The notes under the pieces are model-generated. The model was not told the origin of the DNA, made no database searches, and worked only from the letters and a program-made list of their open reading frames with translations. From Eledone cirrhosa (lineage: Eukaryota), in NCBI GenBank assembly GCA_964016885.1, contig OZ024740.1, positions 343,976,001-344,040,000 of the forward strand: a stretch of 64,000 bases of DNA, read 5' to 3'. Below are positions 39,290 to 53,288 of this stretch, piece by piece (position 1 is the stretch's first letter; each line of letters begins with the position of its first letter). The position numbers were made by a program, and so were the translations under genes.

Positions 39290-40240
39290 TACAAGAAAGT
39301 GAGATTTATCTAATTATGTCTCATATAAAATAATACAACCAACTATCCACGAAATACAGTATAGTTAAGCACCCCAAACACATAATTGGGATTATACTTA
39401 GGTATATCCTAATATTTGTTGAGTGAGATGGAGTTGGTCAGTGTATCGCTAAAAGCTTTCTCTGTTAATGTATTAAATATTATACTCTTTGATGGCCAGA
39501 TATGAAAATTCCAGATATTTAGGTACGACTATCTTTATTTATTCTTATATGAAATATTGATTGCTTCTTCCTGTATCTCATGTCTGTTATTTTGACTGAG
39601 AAAATACCTCTATGTATATAAATAATGCGTACATATATATATATTTTTAAATATCTCTGTGTGTGTATAAATAATAAGTACATATATTTATTTTTTAAAT
39701 ATCCAATTGAGTTCTTCACACATGGTTGGAATTTCCCAACAGGGTTCAATGACCTACGTGTATATTATTTTATATTTTACGATGACCTCCCCTTCCCTTT
39801 TGAGGACAGTGTGAAATTTCTTTTTGAAAGACTACTGGGTTTTCAACTTAGCGGTCCTTCTAGCACTGACGGAGACCATCACTGAATATTAATGTCAATG
39901 TAGTTTTTTATATTGATATTGCCTGGGCATCCACTGATGAGTTATAAGTGCCCACTTATGTGTATATCTATGGATTATATACAAGCTTCTACATAACTTG
40001 GACATTATTTTTCCCACCTTGTAGAAATCTTATAACGAAAGGATCGTATGGAAAGAAAGAAAGATTTATCTAATTATGTCTCATATAAAATAATACAACC
40101 AACTATCCACGAAATACAGTATAGTTAGCACCCCAAACACATAATTGGGATTATACTTAGGTATATCCTAATGTTTGTTGAGTGAGATGGAGTTGGTCAG
40201 AGTATCGCTAAAACTTTCTCTATTAATGTATTAAATATAT
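39290..40240 (+). mobile_element. HHR-bearing unit (family G) with ~185-bp terminal direct repeat (period ~765 bp)
   Basis: 39301-39480 repeats at 40061-40238; (TA)n flanks. Confidence 0.85.
39930..40052 (+). ncRNA. Type I hammerhead ribozyme with branched stem II (family G)
   Basis: TCCA CTGATGA GTTATAAG..CTTATAAC GAAAGGATCGTA TGGA; one mismatch in stem III. Confidence 0.82.
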
Positions 40241-40290
40241 ATATAGTGACGAAACATAAGTCAATTGCATGAACTCATAATCCTTTATTT

Positions 40291-40346
40291 ACTGCTATAT
40301 ATATTTCAATGATAGCCATTGAGTGGCTATGACCTCATCAGGCAGT
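40291..40346 (-). ncRNA. Type I hammerhead ribozyme (family I)
   Basis: rc: ACTGC CTGATGA GGT c ATAGCCA ctcaa TGGCTAT c ATT GAAATATATATA GCAGT. Confidence 0.82.
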
Positions 40347-40818
40347 TAGTCAGTTCTTAGATATGCCAGCTCTATGTTTATGGTGTTGATTGTATCAGAG
40401 CCTTGTACATATGAGCTTGTTAGGAATAATTTAATGTTGTCAGCAGAAATAATCTTAATTCTTATTGGTCAGTTTGTAGATGCTAGTTGGGTTGGTATTT
40501 GACCTCAAAGAGGCAGGTGGTGTTGTAAAGTTCAAACCATCAGGCAAGATGACAATAGTGCCATATGACTGATTTTCACAAAAGGCATTCCTGGTCAGAT
40601 ATATATTCAATTGGGGTTTATAGTATGAAATTCGATACTACAGGAATTTATGGTTAGAGTAGAATACTAGAAAATTTACATATAAAAAGACTAATGTTGG
40701 TTGACTTGCACATACATTCACCCCCACCCCCACATCCACACACATCCACACATACAAGGGATATATATATATATATATATAATATAAGATCAAAAGATGG
40801 TTAAAGGAGTTCAATATA

Positions 40819-40885
40819 TTTTATTATGCGCATTTCAAAAACAAACATCATCAAACAATAATATTTGTGTTTTCATCAGATAAAA
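40819..40885 (-). ncRNA. Type I hammerhead ribozyme with ~16-bp stem II (family J)
   Basis: rc: TTTTAT CTGATGA AAACACAAATATTATT gttt GATGATGTTTGTTTTT GAAATGCGCATA ATAAAA. Confidence 0.85.
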
Positions 40886-41501
40886 CAGGAGAACATGATA
40901 TGAAGGCTAAAAAAAAAAAAAAAAAAACACTTGTTGATAGTGCAGTTTTAAATCAACATATCAACATTATGCATACTCCAGTCCCACAAACTGTAGAGTG
41001 CTTCTTATCCGATATCTGCATTGCTTTATTGTACTACAATAAAACTCACCTCCTACATATATATATATATATATAAATGTGTGTGAGTGACTATGCATCT
41101 TCATACATCTATGCATATATGTAAATGCATATATACATATATATGTTCGTATGTGTAAGTGAATGTGTTTGTGTGTGTGTATGTGTGTGTGTGTATGTGT
41201 GTGTAATACAGTTATTTGCTGATCGAACTTATGTCGTCAAAACCTCAATGATTTGAATCAGTGGCATGATATAATTATAAATGGCTTTAATTTTAGTTTG
41301 TCAATAATTTGTATGTTTTAATTTTGTTATGTAAATTAATGCCTTTGTAATAATGTTATTGTCAATGTTGAGCAATATCTTTATTTCATGAATTGATGTT
41401 TGCATCAAGTTTGATCGGCGTCTTTCAACTCTCTGTCCATCTGACTGTCTCCCCCTCCCTCCCTTTATCTAGCTATTGATGTACGCATATCTATCTATGT
41501 A

Positions 41502-41562
<61 letters not shown>

Positions 41563-41567
41563 CCCCC

Positions 41568-41635
<68 letters not shown>

Positions 41636-41767
41636 ATAAGAATATTTATATATATATATGTTTAATATAATTATAAATATGGAGGGTAGTACTAAGTATT
41701 AGCCGGTTACGGGTATGACAAAAGGCTCAATGCAAATGTTCAAGTGTTTTACAGAGCCGAGATACAA

Positions 41768-42053
41768 AGTGTTAAAACGATCAAATTTTAGTTTAGAACA
41801 TTTATTTGCTGACAATTGTTTCTTCCAGTGCTGCCTGTAATTGTGTTCTCTCAAGCATAACATATTTTTTAACTTCTGACTCTCCACATGATGTCTATGA
41901 CACTAACAACAATTATGTACCCTAAATGTTCTGAATGACTAGGATTTCAGTCACATGTTTTGACATTTCCTATGCTCCGATGAAACCACTCTTCTCTCTG
42001 CAAGAAACAATTGTCAGCAAATAAATGTTCTAAACTAAACTTTGATCGTTTTA

Positions 42054-42058
<5 letters not shown>
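41768..42058. repeat. Inverted repeat (41768-41825 / 42001-42058) with a degenerate HHR at 41973-42019
   Basis: TGCT CCGATGA..GAAACAATTGTC AGCA; U4C change and no stem II. Confidence 0.7.
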
Positions 42059-42100
<42 letters not shown>

Positions 42101-42102
<2 letters not shown>

Positions 42103-42228
42103 CAGAGGAGTTGTGGTAAGGAACCAGATGGACCATAACGCACCAGAGTACTCAATACTTAGGGTAATAGAGTGGGTAATAGGAGAAAGTATGACCTCGA
42201 CGGCAGAGCTCAAGCCGTTTCGACGGGG
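42101..42228 (-). mobile_element. 3'-end fragment of an HHR repeat family (half HHR)
   Basis: rc: GAAACGGC ttgagctct GCCGTC GAGG; homologous to 11520-11638 and 26202-26311. Confidence 0.75.
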
Positions 42229-42411
42229 TTATACTTTATCCTATATATATATATATTTGTTCGTGTGTGTGTGCGTGTGTATGTGTGTGTATGTATATAT
42301 ATATGTATGCATGTATGGATGTACGCATATATTGATGTATGTATGTATGTACGTATGTTGATGTATGGGTGTATGGATGTATGCTTGTATGTATATATAT
42401 ATATAAGTATG

Positions 42412-42468
<57 letters not shown>

Positions 42469-42484
42469 TAAAATAACAGATTAA

Positions 42485-42535
42485 AGTTTAAGCAAAGAAT
42501 CGATGCTTTCACCCTTAACGGGATCTTCTGAAACT
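42485..42535 (-). ncRNA. Hammerhead-like motif in inverted pLTR (U4A core variant, family K)
   Basis: rc: AGTTT CAGAAGA T CCC gttaa GGG T GAAA GCA tcgattctt TGC TT AAACT. Confidence 0.65.
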
Positions 42536-42769
42536 AACAAAGTCAATCTGTAAACGCAGAAGTGGATATTACAAAAAACGTTGCAACCGGAGGAAGACTG
42601 GAAGACGATACTTTGGTTTGTGGAAACGTTCCCTGGCAAAGAACAGGAAAAAACGAATATATATTTGTTCGTGTGTGTGTGCGTGTGTATGTGTGTGTGT
42701 GTATGTATATATATATGTATGAATGTATGCAGAATGCATGTATGCATGTATGCATGTATGCAGAAACAA

Positions 42770-44870
42770 CATCTGAATATTTCTACAAAGAACATACCCG
42801 TACCAAGCAGGAAAACATACCTAAAACTCCTGATACAGAAAATAGACGCGTTCATTAAGGTTGCGTTGGCGTGCCTTTTATTTCGATAATCCGCGAAAAG
42901 CAGACAACAAACAGGATAAATTTGGGTTTAAAACCTATAATAACCCCCCGTGTAACCCAGCATTGCTACCCTTCGAAAATGATGTCTCGGAACTCATACG
43001 GAGTATCAAATTTCGGAATAGGAGCAATTCCTTCCAGCAGGACCTGAAGAATAGAATTCGTTCTATTAAGGATTCTAATGCCGTGCACGTCCATTCCGAC
43101 AAAACTGGCAACCTATATCAAGTGGAACGCAGTACTTACCATCAACTACTACATAATGCTTTAACTAAGGATTACCGGAAAACTAATCGGTGCGTCATCA
43201 ATGAAATCAACGATGCTGGGTTTAAAATCACATCTGATCTCAACATCCTGGACTGGACCGAACCTCTGGACCCTATTTCTCCCCACTTTACCCTGAAGGA
43301 TCACAAATCCAATTTTCCGAATAACCCCTCTATTCGGCTTAACCCTACGAAGTCCGATTTAGGTAGACTTAGTAAAACGATTCTTGATAGAATTATACCT
43401 GAAATTAGAAGTTTGGCCCCTCTTGCACTGTGGAACAATTCTTTCGCGGTGATTGATTGGTTCAACGGCATATGTAACAAGGAACATTGCCGTTTTATCC
43501 AATTCGACATCAACAATTACTACTCCTCCATTACTTTACCACTTCTCCTTAGAGCTATCAATTTCTCTATCACACTCACAGTGGTTATGGATTTCGAAGT
43601 TGATGTCATCCTCAATGCCCGTATGTCGGTGATTAATTTCGACGACTCTATTTGGATTAAAAAATCCAATAGTACCCCATTCGACGTGAGTATGGGCGCC
43701 AGCGAATATACGGAGGTTACTGATCTTATCGGCCTTTTCCTTCCTTTCTCTATCAAGGACGAATTCTCCAACGCTGGCGGTGGTTTGTACCGTGATGATG
43801 GTCTTTTTACCATGACTAAGTGCGGACCTCGTGCTTGCGACAGGTTCAGAAAGGAACTCACAGTCTTCTTTAAAGGCTTCAACCTCTCTATACAGGTTCA
43901 GGCCAATCTCTCGGTCGTTAATTACCTCGACGTTACCCTCAATTTATCGAATGGGTTGTATTACCCGTATAGAAAGCCGAATGATACGCTTAATTACATA
44001 AGTAAGCATTCCAGCCATCCTGCCAGCATAACCAAGAACCTGGTAAGAAACGTTTCGTTGAGGCTTTCCCGTCTATCTACTAACGAGCATATTTTCAACG
44101 ACCATTCCACTTATTACAATGAAGCTCTTGCTCGGAGTGGATTTGTCGATAAGGTAGCATATACAGAGTACGAAAATAGACCTAGAAGAAATATATCCCG
44201 TCGCATTTATTGGTATAACCCACCATATCATATGGAGGTGGCCACACCATTAGCTAAGATCTTTTTTTCCCTTATTACGAAGCATTTTCCCCCTACACAT
44301 AAATATAGTAACATTTTTAATAGAAATACTATTAAAATTTCTTACTCTACGACTCCTAACCTTGCACATAACATCACAGCTTCTAATTTATCTAAACTAC
44401 CTAGCCGTAGGAACACGTGCAACCCTGTAGTTAGTACTAACTGTAATTGTAGGAATCGGGTTGATGCCCCCTATCCGGGAAATGCCTCTCTAGTAACATT
44501 GTCTACAAATATAAGGTTGAAACACCCACGTCCCGTAGGGCCTACATAGGGTTAACCGCCAATAGATTCAAGCAGCGTCTTTACATGCATACCCATTCTT
44601 TTCGTTACCCTCTAAGAAGGAATATGACGTCACTTTCAGCTTATATCTGGAGTCTAAAAGTCAACCACACCCAATATAAGTTACACTGGGAGATCCTACC
44701 TAGGGCTAGATCGTATAACGGAAATAAAAGACCATGTGACCTCTGCGCCGCTGAGGCCTTGGAAATACTCTACGCTACAGACCACATCGTAAACAAAAAA
44801 ATCTGAGGCAATTTCGGCTTGTAAACATAAATTGCACAAAACATTCCTGTATTACAGCCCCACGTTATAC
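42770..44870 (+). pseudogene. PLE polyprotein (RT with YRDD, C-terminal GIY-YIG-type endonuclease), about 3 frameshifts; main open segment 42861-44549
   Basis: STKNIP, RWRA, SDKTGNLY, TLKDHK, FIQFDI..YYSSI, FDVSMG, GLYRDDGL, YLDVTLNL, WYNPP, CNC....CP..GKC, IVY..AYIGLT..FKQR..H, CDLC..E. Confidence 0.9.
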
Positions 44871-45626
44871 CCTAACGGATAGTACGATCTATAGGTGGAT
44901 ATTTTACGTCTTGATGTGGTAGCTAAGTATATGTTTTATTTATACCATTACTTATTTGCATAGGTAAGTATATATTACGTCTCCGAACATTTGTGTATTT
45001 ACATGTAGGTATGTGTGTGCGATTGTTATATACGTATTTATTTATTTATATACGTTTATTTAATTATTTATTTATTTGTATACACGCACACACACACACA
45101 CATATTTATATGTGCGTGGTTTTGTATACCTATGGTAAGTGTTTTCGCGTATGCTTGTGTATGTACGTATTTGTATGCGTGTATGTATTTATTTAATTTC
45201 TATTACCTCTGTATTGTATTTATTTACTTTATTCTTAACTCTGAAGCGGAGATTCATTCGGTTTCTTAGTTAGAATTTTAGTCTACGACTTCTGCTATAC
45301 CATTTACGTGGTTTTGTCTTTGCGTGCTATTGTTCTCCACGCTCCACATATGACGTATTATCTTCGTTTTTTTCGTTCATTGCCAGAGAACGTCTCTATG
45401 AACCACCTAAGAGAACATTAGTCTACGACCTCTTTTATACCTTAAACGTGGTTCTGGGTTTGCGCGTAATTGTTTTTCACCGCTCCTATTAATGACGTAT
45501 TATATTCGTTTTTTCCCGTTCTTTGCCAGGGAACGTTTCCACGAACCAAAGTATCGTCTTCCTGTCTTCCTCCGGTTGCAACACATTTTGAAATATCCAC
45601 TTCTGCGTTTACAGATTGACTTTGTT

Positions 45627-45677
45627 AATTTCAGAAGATCCAGTTAAGGGTGAAAGCAGCGATTCTTTGCTTAAACT
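45627..45677 (+). ncRNA. Hammerhead-like motif in 3' pLTR (U4A core variant, family K)
   Basis: AATTT CAGAAGA TCC agttaa GGG T GAAA GCA gcgattctt TGC TT AAACT. Confidence 0.6.
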
Positions 45678-45821
45678 TTAATCTGTTATTTTAATAAATA
45701 TTTGCTCTACGGTTCTTATATATTTGATATATATTTATCCTTATCGAGCCCTCTTTGGATTTTAGTCTTCAAATTTATTATTATTACTATATATATATAT
45801 ATACGGATATATATATATATA

Positions 45822-46117
45822 TATCCGTAACAAGCAGAATGTTGATAACAATATGAAGTGTGACCAAAGAATTAATGTAACATCAATATCATTCTTCTTC
45901 ACACGTGACGCGCGTTTTGCGATTGATCAGCCCAAGGTACGAGAATCCACAAGTCTGATGGGCTATTGATTCCAGATTCAGGCCTGATCACTACTGAAAA
46001 TACCTCGAGCTGATCGATTGGGAAATGCACGTCACCGGGAATACAAATTATATTGATGTTACATTGATACTTAGTTCACGCTTTAAATTATTATCAACAC
46101 TCTGCTTCTTATGGATA
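45822..46117. repeat. Imperfect inverted repeat (~66-bp arms) around a 160-bp spacer
   Basis: TATCCGTAACAAGCAGAATGTTGATAA..ATGTAACATCAATA vs rc at 46051-46117. Confidence 0.7.
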
Positions 46118-46198
46118 ACTAAACTTGTGAAATCGTAAACGTCGAATTTCACATCGGTAGTCCGATACACGTATGAGAATTGAGGTCTCTGATGAACC

Positions 46199-46262
<64 letters not shown>

Positions 46263-47281
46263 TACATGTGAGTGTGTTTGTCTGTGTGTGTGCATGTGTT
46301 TGTTTGTATGAACGTGTTGTATATATGTGTATGTACGCGTTTTTAGGTTCTTAGGTGTGTATATATGTTTGCCTAATTGCATGCGCGTGACTGTCTATAT
46401 CAGATCTTGAATCTGAATGTGAAATAGCAAAACGCAAGGAATTTGTATCGCAGTTGCTATCATTGAGTACATCACCTTCGTTACAATGTATTCGATATGT
46501 GGTTGTTTTTGTAAATAATACACCACGGTGAGAGAAATGCTACGAAATGTCATACGGGATTTCAGCATTAATTGCTCTCACGCAGTGAATATAACTTTAG
46601 ACAAATAAAAATGATATAGTATTTCCACTCTTTCTCACTTTATATCTTGCTCTTCTCATCTATCCATCGTTCATTCACTGGCATATAGACTCACACACAG
46701 GAGCACACACGTACACAAAAATACACACGCATGTGGACACGAAGAAAATGTAAATTAGTTATTGAATAAATTCTGGTAAAATTAGCCAATACAAATTCAC
46801 ATAATCAAGATGCGAGCATTTTCTTCATATAAAAACAAATAAAGAATTTCAATATAAAATAAAATATAATAGATAAAATCTACTAAATAAACAAATAAAG
46901 ATTTCCCGGACAATGCAAATAAATCGATGAATAAAATTTAAATAATGTAATAATATAATTTAAACATTAATATAATAATAATTATCAGTGATAATTATGC
47001 TAATTATGAAATGAGTATATTGTAAAATGGCGTGGAAAGATTGTTCACCTTTATGTATTTCCTAGCATATTATTTCGGTTTATGATTGTTTTCATTGTAC
47101 ACGTACGATTATGTATAATATATATACATAATTTTACACACACACACAAGACACATATAACATTCAAAGCACAGGTATTGCTTGTTCAGGATATGTTACA
47201 GGTCTGTGTGACTGGCCGTAGCCTAAAAGTGTACCAAAATCTATAATCCTCCAAGCAATTGCAGGTACTCTAACAACCATC

Positions 47282-47358
<77 letters not shown>

Positions 47359-47598
47359 GACATATATATACAAATATATATATTTATATACAAATAGTTA
47401 GTTTAAAAAGGACATTCCTGTATACCAATCTGAAGGTATATAATTACATCTTTATCTATATACAAGGCAATGTTTGCTTAATGAGAATTTATATGAAAAT
47501 ACTACTTCTATGTGTTGTTGAACAGGCAGGCCTTTACTCAAATATCTTCTTTTGGCACTTAGAATATATCTAGCAATATATCATTATATACCTAGAGT

Positions 47599-47756
47599 CG
47601 GAACGCCATGCTTTGACGCAAAGAGTTACGGCCTTTACAATTATGAGTTCAAATCCCGCCGAGGTTAACTTTGCCTTTCAGCCTTACAGGGTAGATAAAA
47701 TAAAGTACCAGTAATACACTGGATAATTTGCTGGCTTTGTGCCAAAAATAGAAACA
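47599..47756 (+). mobile_element. 5'-truncated SINE with 16-bp TSD
   Basis: ATTATATACCTAGAGT at 47583 and 47757. Confidence 0.9.
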
Positions 47757-48020
47757 ATTATATACCTAGAGTTATATTATTTAATGTGTTTCCCCTCCCG
47801 ACTTTGATTTCAGAGATATTTTGTTTCTATTTCTAAGATTTTGATAGACATCGTAGTATCTCCTCCTTCTTTAATTCGAATAGAAACCTTTTTGCTGGTT
47901 TAAAGATGCTTACACACTGGTTTATACTACTGATACTATATATATATATAAAACCAAAGATTAATAAACAGCAAATATATATATATATATATACTGTATA
48001 TATATATATGTGTGTTTATA

Positions 48021-48074
<54 letters not shown>

Positions 48075-49389
48075 ATATATATATATTATATATATATATA
48101 TATTTATATATAATATATATATATTATATATATATATATATTATATATAAATATATATATATATATATTATCGCTGCAGTGGTAAACTAAGATTGCAAAT
48201 TAGTTATACAAAACATGGTTGCAATGCATACACGCATCAACTGAATCACACAGAACATATTTAATATAACTTTTTTGTCTAGAACTACAATAAAAAATTG
48301 TAAACTATTTCTGTATATAAACTCACAAGGACTCAATTTGAAATCCCTCAACAGCAACATTTAAGATTTGTATTTCCATCGTTGCTCAATGTAACATAAC
48401 ATTGTAGTTTATTCCAATTCCTTGCCAAAGTATAACCGATATTCAATTCTATATTCAATGCAAAATAAACACAAGAGGTATTGAAAAGAATTCAGTAAAG
48501 TTTTAGAAACTGACATACATATATTCAAGAAAAAAGTTAACTGTATGAAACAATGAACATGAAAAGCATCGGCAGCTGTTTTACAAGGTTATGCACAGCA
48601 ATAACAAAACTGAAACACATTTGCAGTGACTTAACTCCGTACAAAACACCGTAATACGAAAACTAAAATACATATATCACAAAAAGCAACACAAGAGCCT
48701 CACAACAAAACTCGCTTTACATCCGAAATATCGCGCACCACAAAGTTAACTTTAAATCCCCTCAAGACATTACTTACTGCTTCATATAGAAACAGTAATT
48801 ATTATTCATAAAATATATGTCAGGTCAATAGAAATAGCCTTACAATGTCCGTTAGCTACACAACCACCATCACATCTATCAATAATACGCTTAGATTAGA
48901 TTAAATTATAATGGCAGAAACGAATTTAGGTTTAAATTTAATGATTATATGTATATATTTAGAACATTACAAAAAATTGACATGCACCTAGCCGACTATG
49001 CAGTATATTTGTTGAAAAATAAAATCTAACATACAATTCTTTTTAGGTAAAGTAATACTTAAACATATATTAATTAATTATTTCACTAACTGATATGTTG
49101 TTGCAAGCGCAAATGAAAATTTCCCCGTAGTGCTATAGATTATATAGTATTTCTCTTAACCTACTGAAATATCTAAAGCTCATGTAATGGTGATAAAACA
49201 GGGCATCTATATTTCCAGAAATGCTTGAAATTAATAAATTGGTGGAATTCTAAAACTATGACGGTTCATTTACATAAAAATAATTTCGGAAAATATATTT
49301 AAAGAAAAGGAACACTTGATTATCATATCAGCAAAAATCAAAGACATATACATGTTATATTCATACATACACAGGCATATATATATGTA

Positions 49390-49460
49390 TATGGTGACCC
49401 AGAAAAATGTATATACACTGATTAGAATGTTGTTGATGTGTGTATAGATTTTTTGGGGAC

Positions 49461-49466
<6 letters not shown>
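49390..49466. mobile_element. Tiny Tc1/mariner-type MITE in TA context
   Basis: TATGGTGACCCAGAAAAATGTATATACAC vs rc TAGGGTGTCCCCAAAAAATCTATACACAC. Confidence 0.65.
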
Positions 49467-49507
<41 letters not shown>

Positions 49508-49639
49508 TAGAAAGAGAGTCCCTATTTAAAATTGTCAATAACTCTATTAATTATTGCTTGATTATCATAAAACATTATTTTGAACAGTATAATGGTGAAA
49601 GTATTATATAAGTGTTATGATTCTCCACTATGATTCAAC

Positions 49640-50030
49640 ACTTGCGTTAAGTTCAAGTGTTTATAAGAGTTCGGGTATATCCTCGACTTACTTAATTAGT
49701 AACTCAGGCGGTCCCTTGGTCAGTATATGGCGAATGCTTTCCCCCAGTTGAGTCAGAGTTTTTGGTTTTGAGCTATAAACGTCTTCCTTCGCCCACCCCA
49801 AAGAAAACAATCGCATGGTTTTAAGTCAGATCTTCTTGCTGGTAATTCATGTGGACCTCGATGACCTAGCAAACGCCTTGGAAATCGAACATGAATCCAC
49901 GGACAGTGCAAGCAAAATGAGGAGGGTCTCCATTTTGCATGAAGATGAAGTCATTGATGTTGTCCCAAGTGGTCACACTAGGCCAAACATATTTTTTACC
50001 ATGGTTAGGCATTTCCTTTCCACCCAACCA
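49640..50030 (-). pseudogene. Tc1/mariner-superfamily transposase catalytic-domain relic
   Basis: rc reads FMQNGDPPHF..GHRGPHELPARRSDLKPCDCFLWG..EDVYSSKPKTL, matching QQDGAPPH..WPARSPDL.P.DF.LWG. Confidence 0.8.
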
Positions 50031-50248
50031 GGATATAATCATGTATGGATCTGTCACTCCCTTTTGAGTCGTAGGGGCTCCGTAGTTGTTTAAATCTAGC
50101 GGAGCCCCGCCCCTCTCCACGTTTGAAAACAGTTGTTTTTTTCAACGAAGAAAGAGAAGGAGACTAATAGAGAGTAAGTAAAAAGGAAGTATAAAAGAAG
50201 AATCGACTTAGTACTGGATTGTTAATTCTTTATCGACCTAGAAATAAT

Positions 50249-50440
50249 TCTTTCTACTTGTGGCACAAGGCCAGCAATTATCCCAGTGCATTACTGTAAC
50301 TTTATTTTATCCACCACGTAAGGATGAAAGGCAAAGTTAACCTCGGCGGGATTTGAACTCAGAATGGCAAGGGCCGTAACCCTATGCTGCAAAGCATGGC
50401 GTCCGACCCTCTCTCGATACTGTCAATCCACCACCCTTCC
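50249..50440 (-). mobile_element. Full-length SINE with 17-bp TSD
   Basis: ATCGACCTAGAAATAAT at 50232 and 50441. Confidence 0.92.
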
Positions 50441-51541
50441 ATCGACCTAGAAATAATGAAAAGATGTAAAGATGACATCGGTGTGTACTGAACTCAGAGG
50501 GCGGAGGAGAGGAACAAATATCTAAAATCATTTTATCCGAAGTTCTGGTAGATAGTACCAACTTTCTTTTCCTCATGAGTATTATTGATCTTAGGGACAC
50601 AACACTGCAGTAAATGGATCCACATTCATTCATTCACATGTAAGAATTCTGCTGAGTTTGCTGAATGCGTTTGTAACTTTAGGCAACCAAGCTAGAGTGT
50701 GGTGCTATAGTACTTACTTGACACTGTTTATTTTAGATTTAATACTGCCAACAAAGATCCTAGGTTCTTGAAGACCGTGGGTGTACGGGAATAAACTGAA
50801 TACCAAATCCCGATCATCATCTTGGGCCTCATCAACAAGGCCTCAAAATGCACGTCAGATTCGAGGCAAAAAGTAAATCCGCTTTTAACTGTGGAACAAT
50901 CGTTGGGCTAAGTGTGAAGATGCCCAACGGGCATATATAGGAGATTAGATATTGTACCTCAGCACGTACATAATTTATATTCCCAGTATAATGGTAGCTA
51001 TGATTCAACAGGTGCCGCAAATATTTGGTTGATGAACGACAGACGAAACCACTTGATCGTGAAATTAATGTGTAAATGGTTGAGATTTCCACAATCATGT
51101 GTATCCTGAAATAATTACGCAGGGAGATTCAGCACGACTGTGTGTGACAAGGTTGGTTCTTTGGAATACAAGTGGAACTCAGTTGATCTCCTTTAACAAT
51201 TAGCAAAGCTATAAGTATACTTCAATAGATATTCAGATTTCTCCCGCTGCTTACCATATCACTAATTCCACTTTCTTAGCTTTTGTGTGCTTACAAGATA
51301 AGTCATCTAACAGACAAATAATAGAGTCTTATAGGGCCACCTGACCAAGCAACTTACCCTCACTATATATTGTCGATTATTTCCCCTTGCTGAGATTAGT
51401 ATGTAACGTTGGTTACAGCCTTAAACATTCATAGCGAAGGGCATTTAAATGTTTTTCATAAATATTCCGTATAATATTCATTATAGAACACGTATCTATA
51501 TGTGTATAATGCTATAAGGGAGCGCCAATACTAATTACGCT

Positions 51542-51572
<31 letters not shown>

Positions 51573-51576
51573 ACAC

Positions 51577-51651
<75 letters not shown>

Positions 51652-51675
51652 CATACATTTATATAAATATGTATG

Positions 51676-51727
<52 letters not shown>

Positions 51728-51830
51728 CATTTATATAAATATCTATGTATGTATATATATATATATATATATATTTATACACACACACACTCCCACACAC
51801 ATATATATATATGTAAGTATATATATGTAT

Positions 51831-51861
<31 letters not shown>

Positions 51862-52851
51862 CATATACATATACATACAGGTATATATAAATATATGTAT
51901 GTAAAAGGTAAAATATACATACAAACACATACACAAGTACACACACACACATGTATATATAGACATGATTGCATACACACATATATACATGCATGCATGC
52001 ATAAAGATATATACATATACGTACATACATGCACATATACATACATACATACATTTTTGTATGCATATATATATATATATATATATACGCAATTGCATAT
52101 AATTATTTATATACAAATACAGAAACCTGTGTGCGATTCTGTACGTATGTATGTGTTACTGCGTGTACGGTATGGCTATTGCAATGAATGTAAGTGTGTG
52201 AGCGCATGTGCGTTTATGTGTATGTTTTTGTCAGAAATGTTCCTCAGAGGCATAATACAAAACAAATGTTAATCCCTACGCATGCCTACACGCCAAAGTC
52301 GGACGCTACTTCGGACATGATCTGATCCACGAATAAACAGAACGGTAATCCCTATACAGTCGGTGCGAGTGTCAGCCGCTGGTACCACTCACCCTTTGAC
52401 TAAGATGAAAGCGAGAAAGTGAGAGACAAACAGCGAGAAGAGGGAAATGTAATGTGTCTGTGTACGTAAGAGAGAAAGTCAGAAGTTTAGGGATACTAAG
52501 ATCTTGTGGAAGAGGGAAAAGGATGAGGAAGTTGTGATGGTGGTGGTGGTGGTTGAGAAATACATTTCATTTCATGCTTTGAATCGCCGTCCAATTTCTA
52601 ATCAGATATCGGCTTTTACTTGTCTCACTACACTGACCAGATGGGCAGATGGCCCGTTAACCACCAGAAGGAAAACATTCATCGCATAAACATATGCATA
52701 TACATACTCTCTCTCTCTCTCACACACATGCACCCCCCCCCACACACACACATACACACACTCACACACACACACTCACACACCCACCCATCCACACACA
52801 TATATATATATACATATCTATATAAATATATATATACAGACGTACACATAC

Positions 52852-52886
<35 letters not shown>

Positions 52887-53207
52887 GGTGTGTGTGTGTA
52901 TGTGTATTTCACTCTCACTGTATATATATAGGACTATATATCAGCCCTACCTCTTCCTGTCGCTCTGTGTTCCACACTTCAGTATCCGGATATTTCTTAC
53001 TAGAGGCAGGCCTTAGAAGGGACGTATTTTTTTCTTTCGGAGTTCTTTCTGCTACCGAATGCTCTATGCTGAAACTATATCCACATATATATATATTAAA
53101 CATTTTTCATATCTAAAGGTTTCGAATACATAATCACACTTGCAAATAAACACACTACTAATTGAGCAAACAAAATCATACAAACTTATTCATGCATCTC
53201 TCTCTCT

Positions 53208-53288
<81 letters not shown>

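Larger units (their letters stand above)
42466..45770 (+). mobile_element. Near-complete Penelope-like element with inverted 5' pseudo-LTR
   Basis: 42466-42661 = rc of 45502-45698; internal RT+GIY-YIG ORF; direct repeat 45277-45400/45418-45545; (TA)n flanks. Confidence 0.9.
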
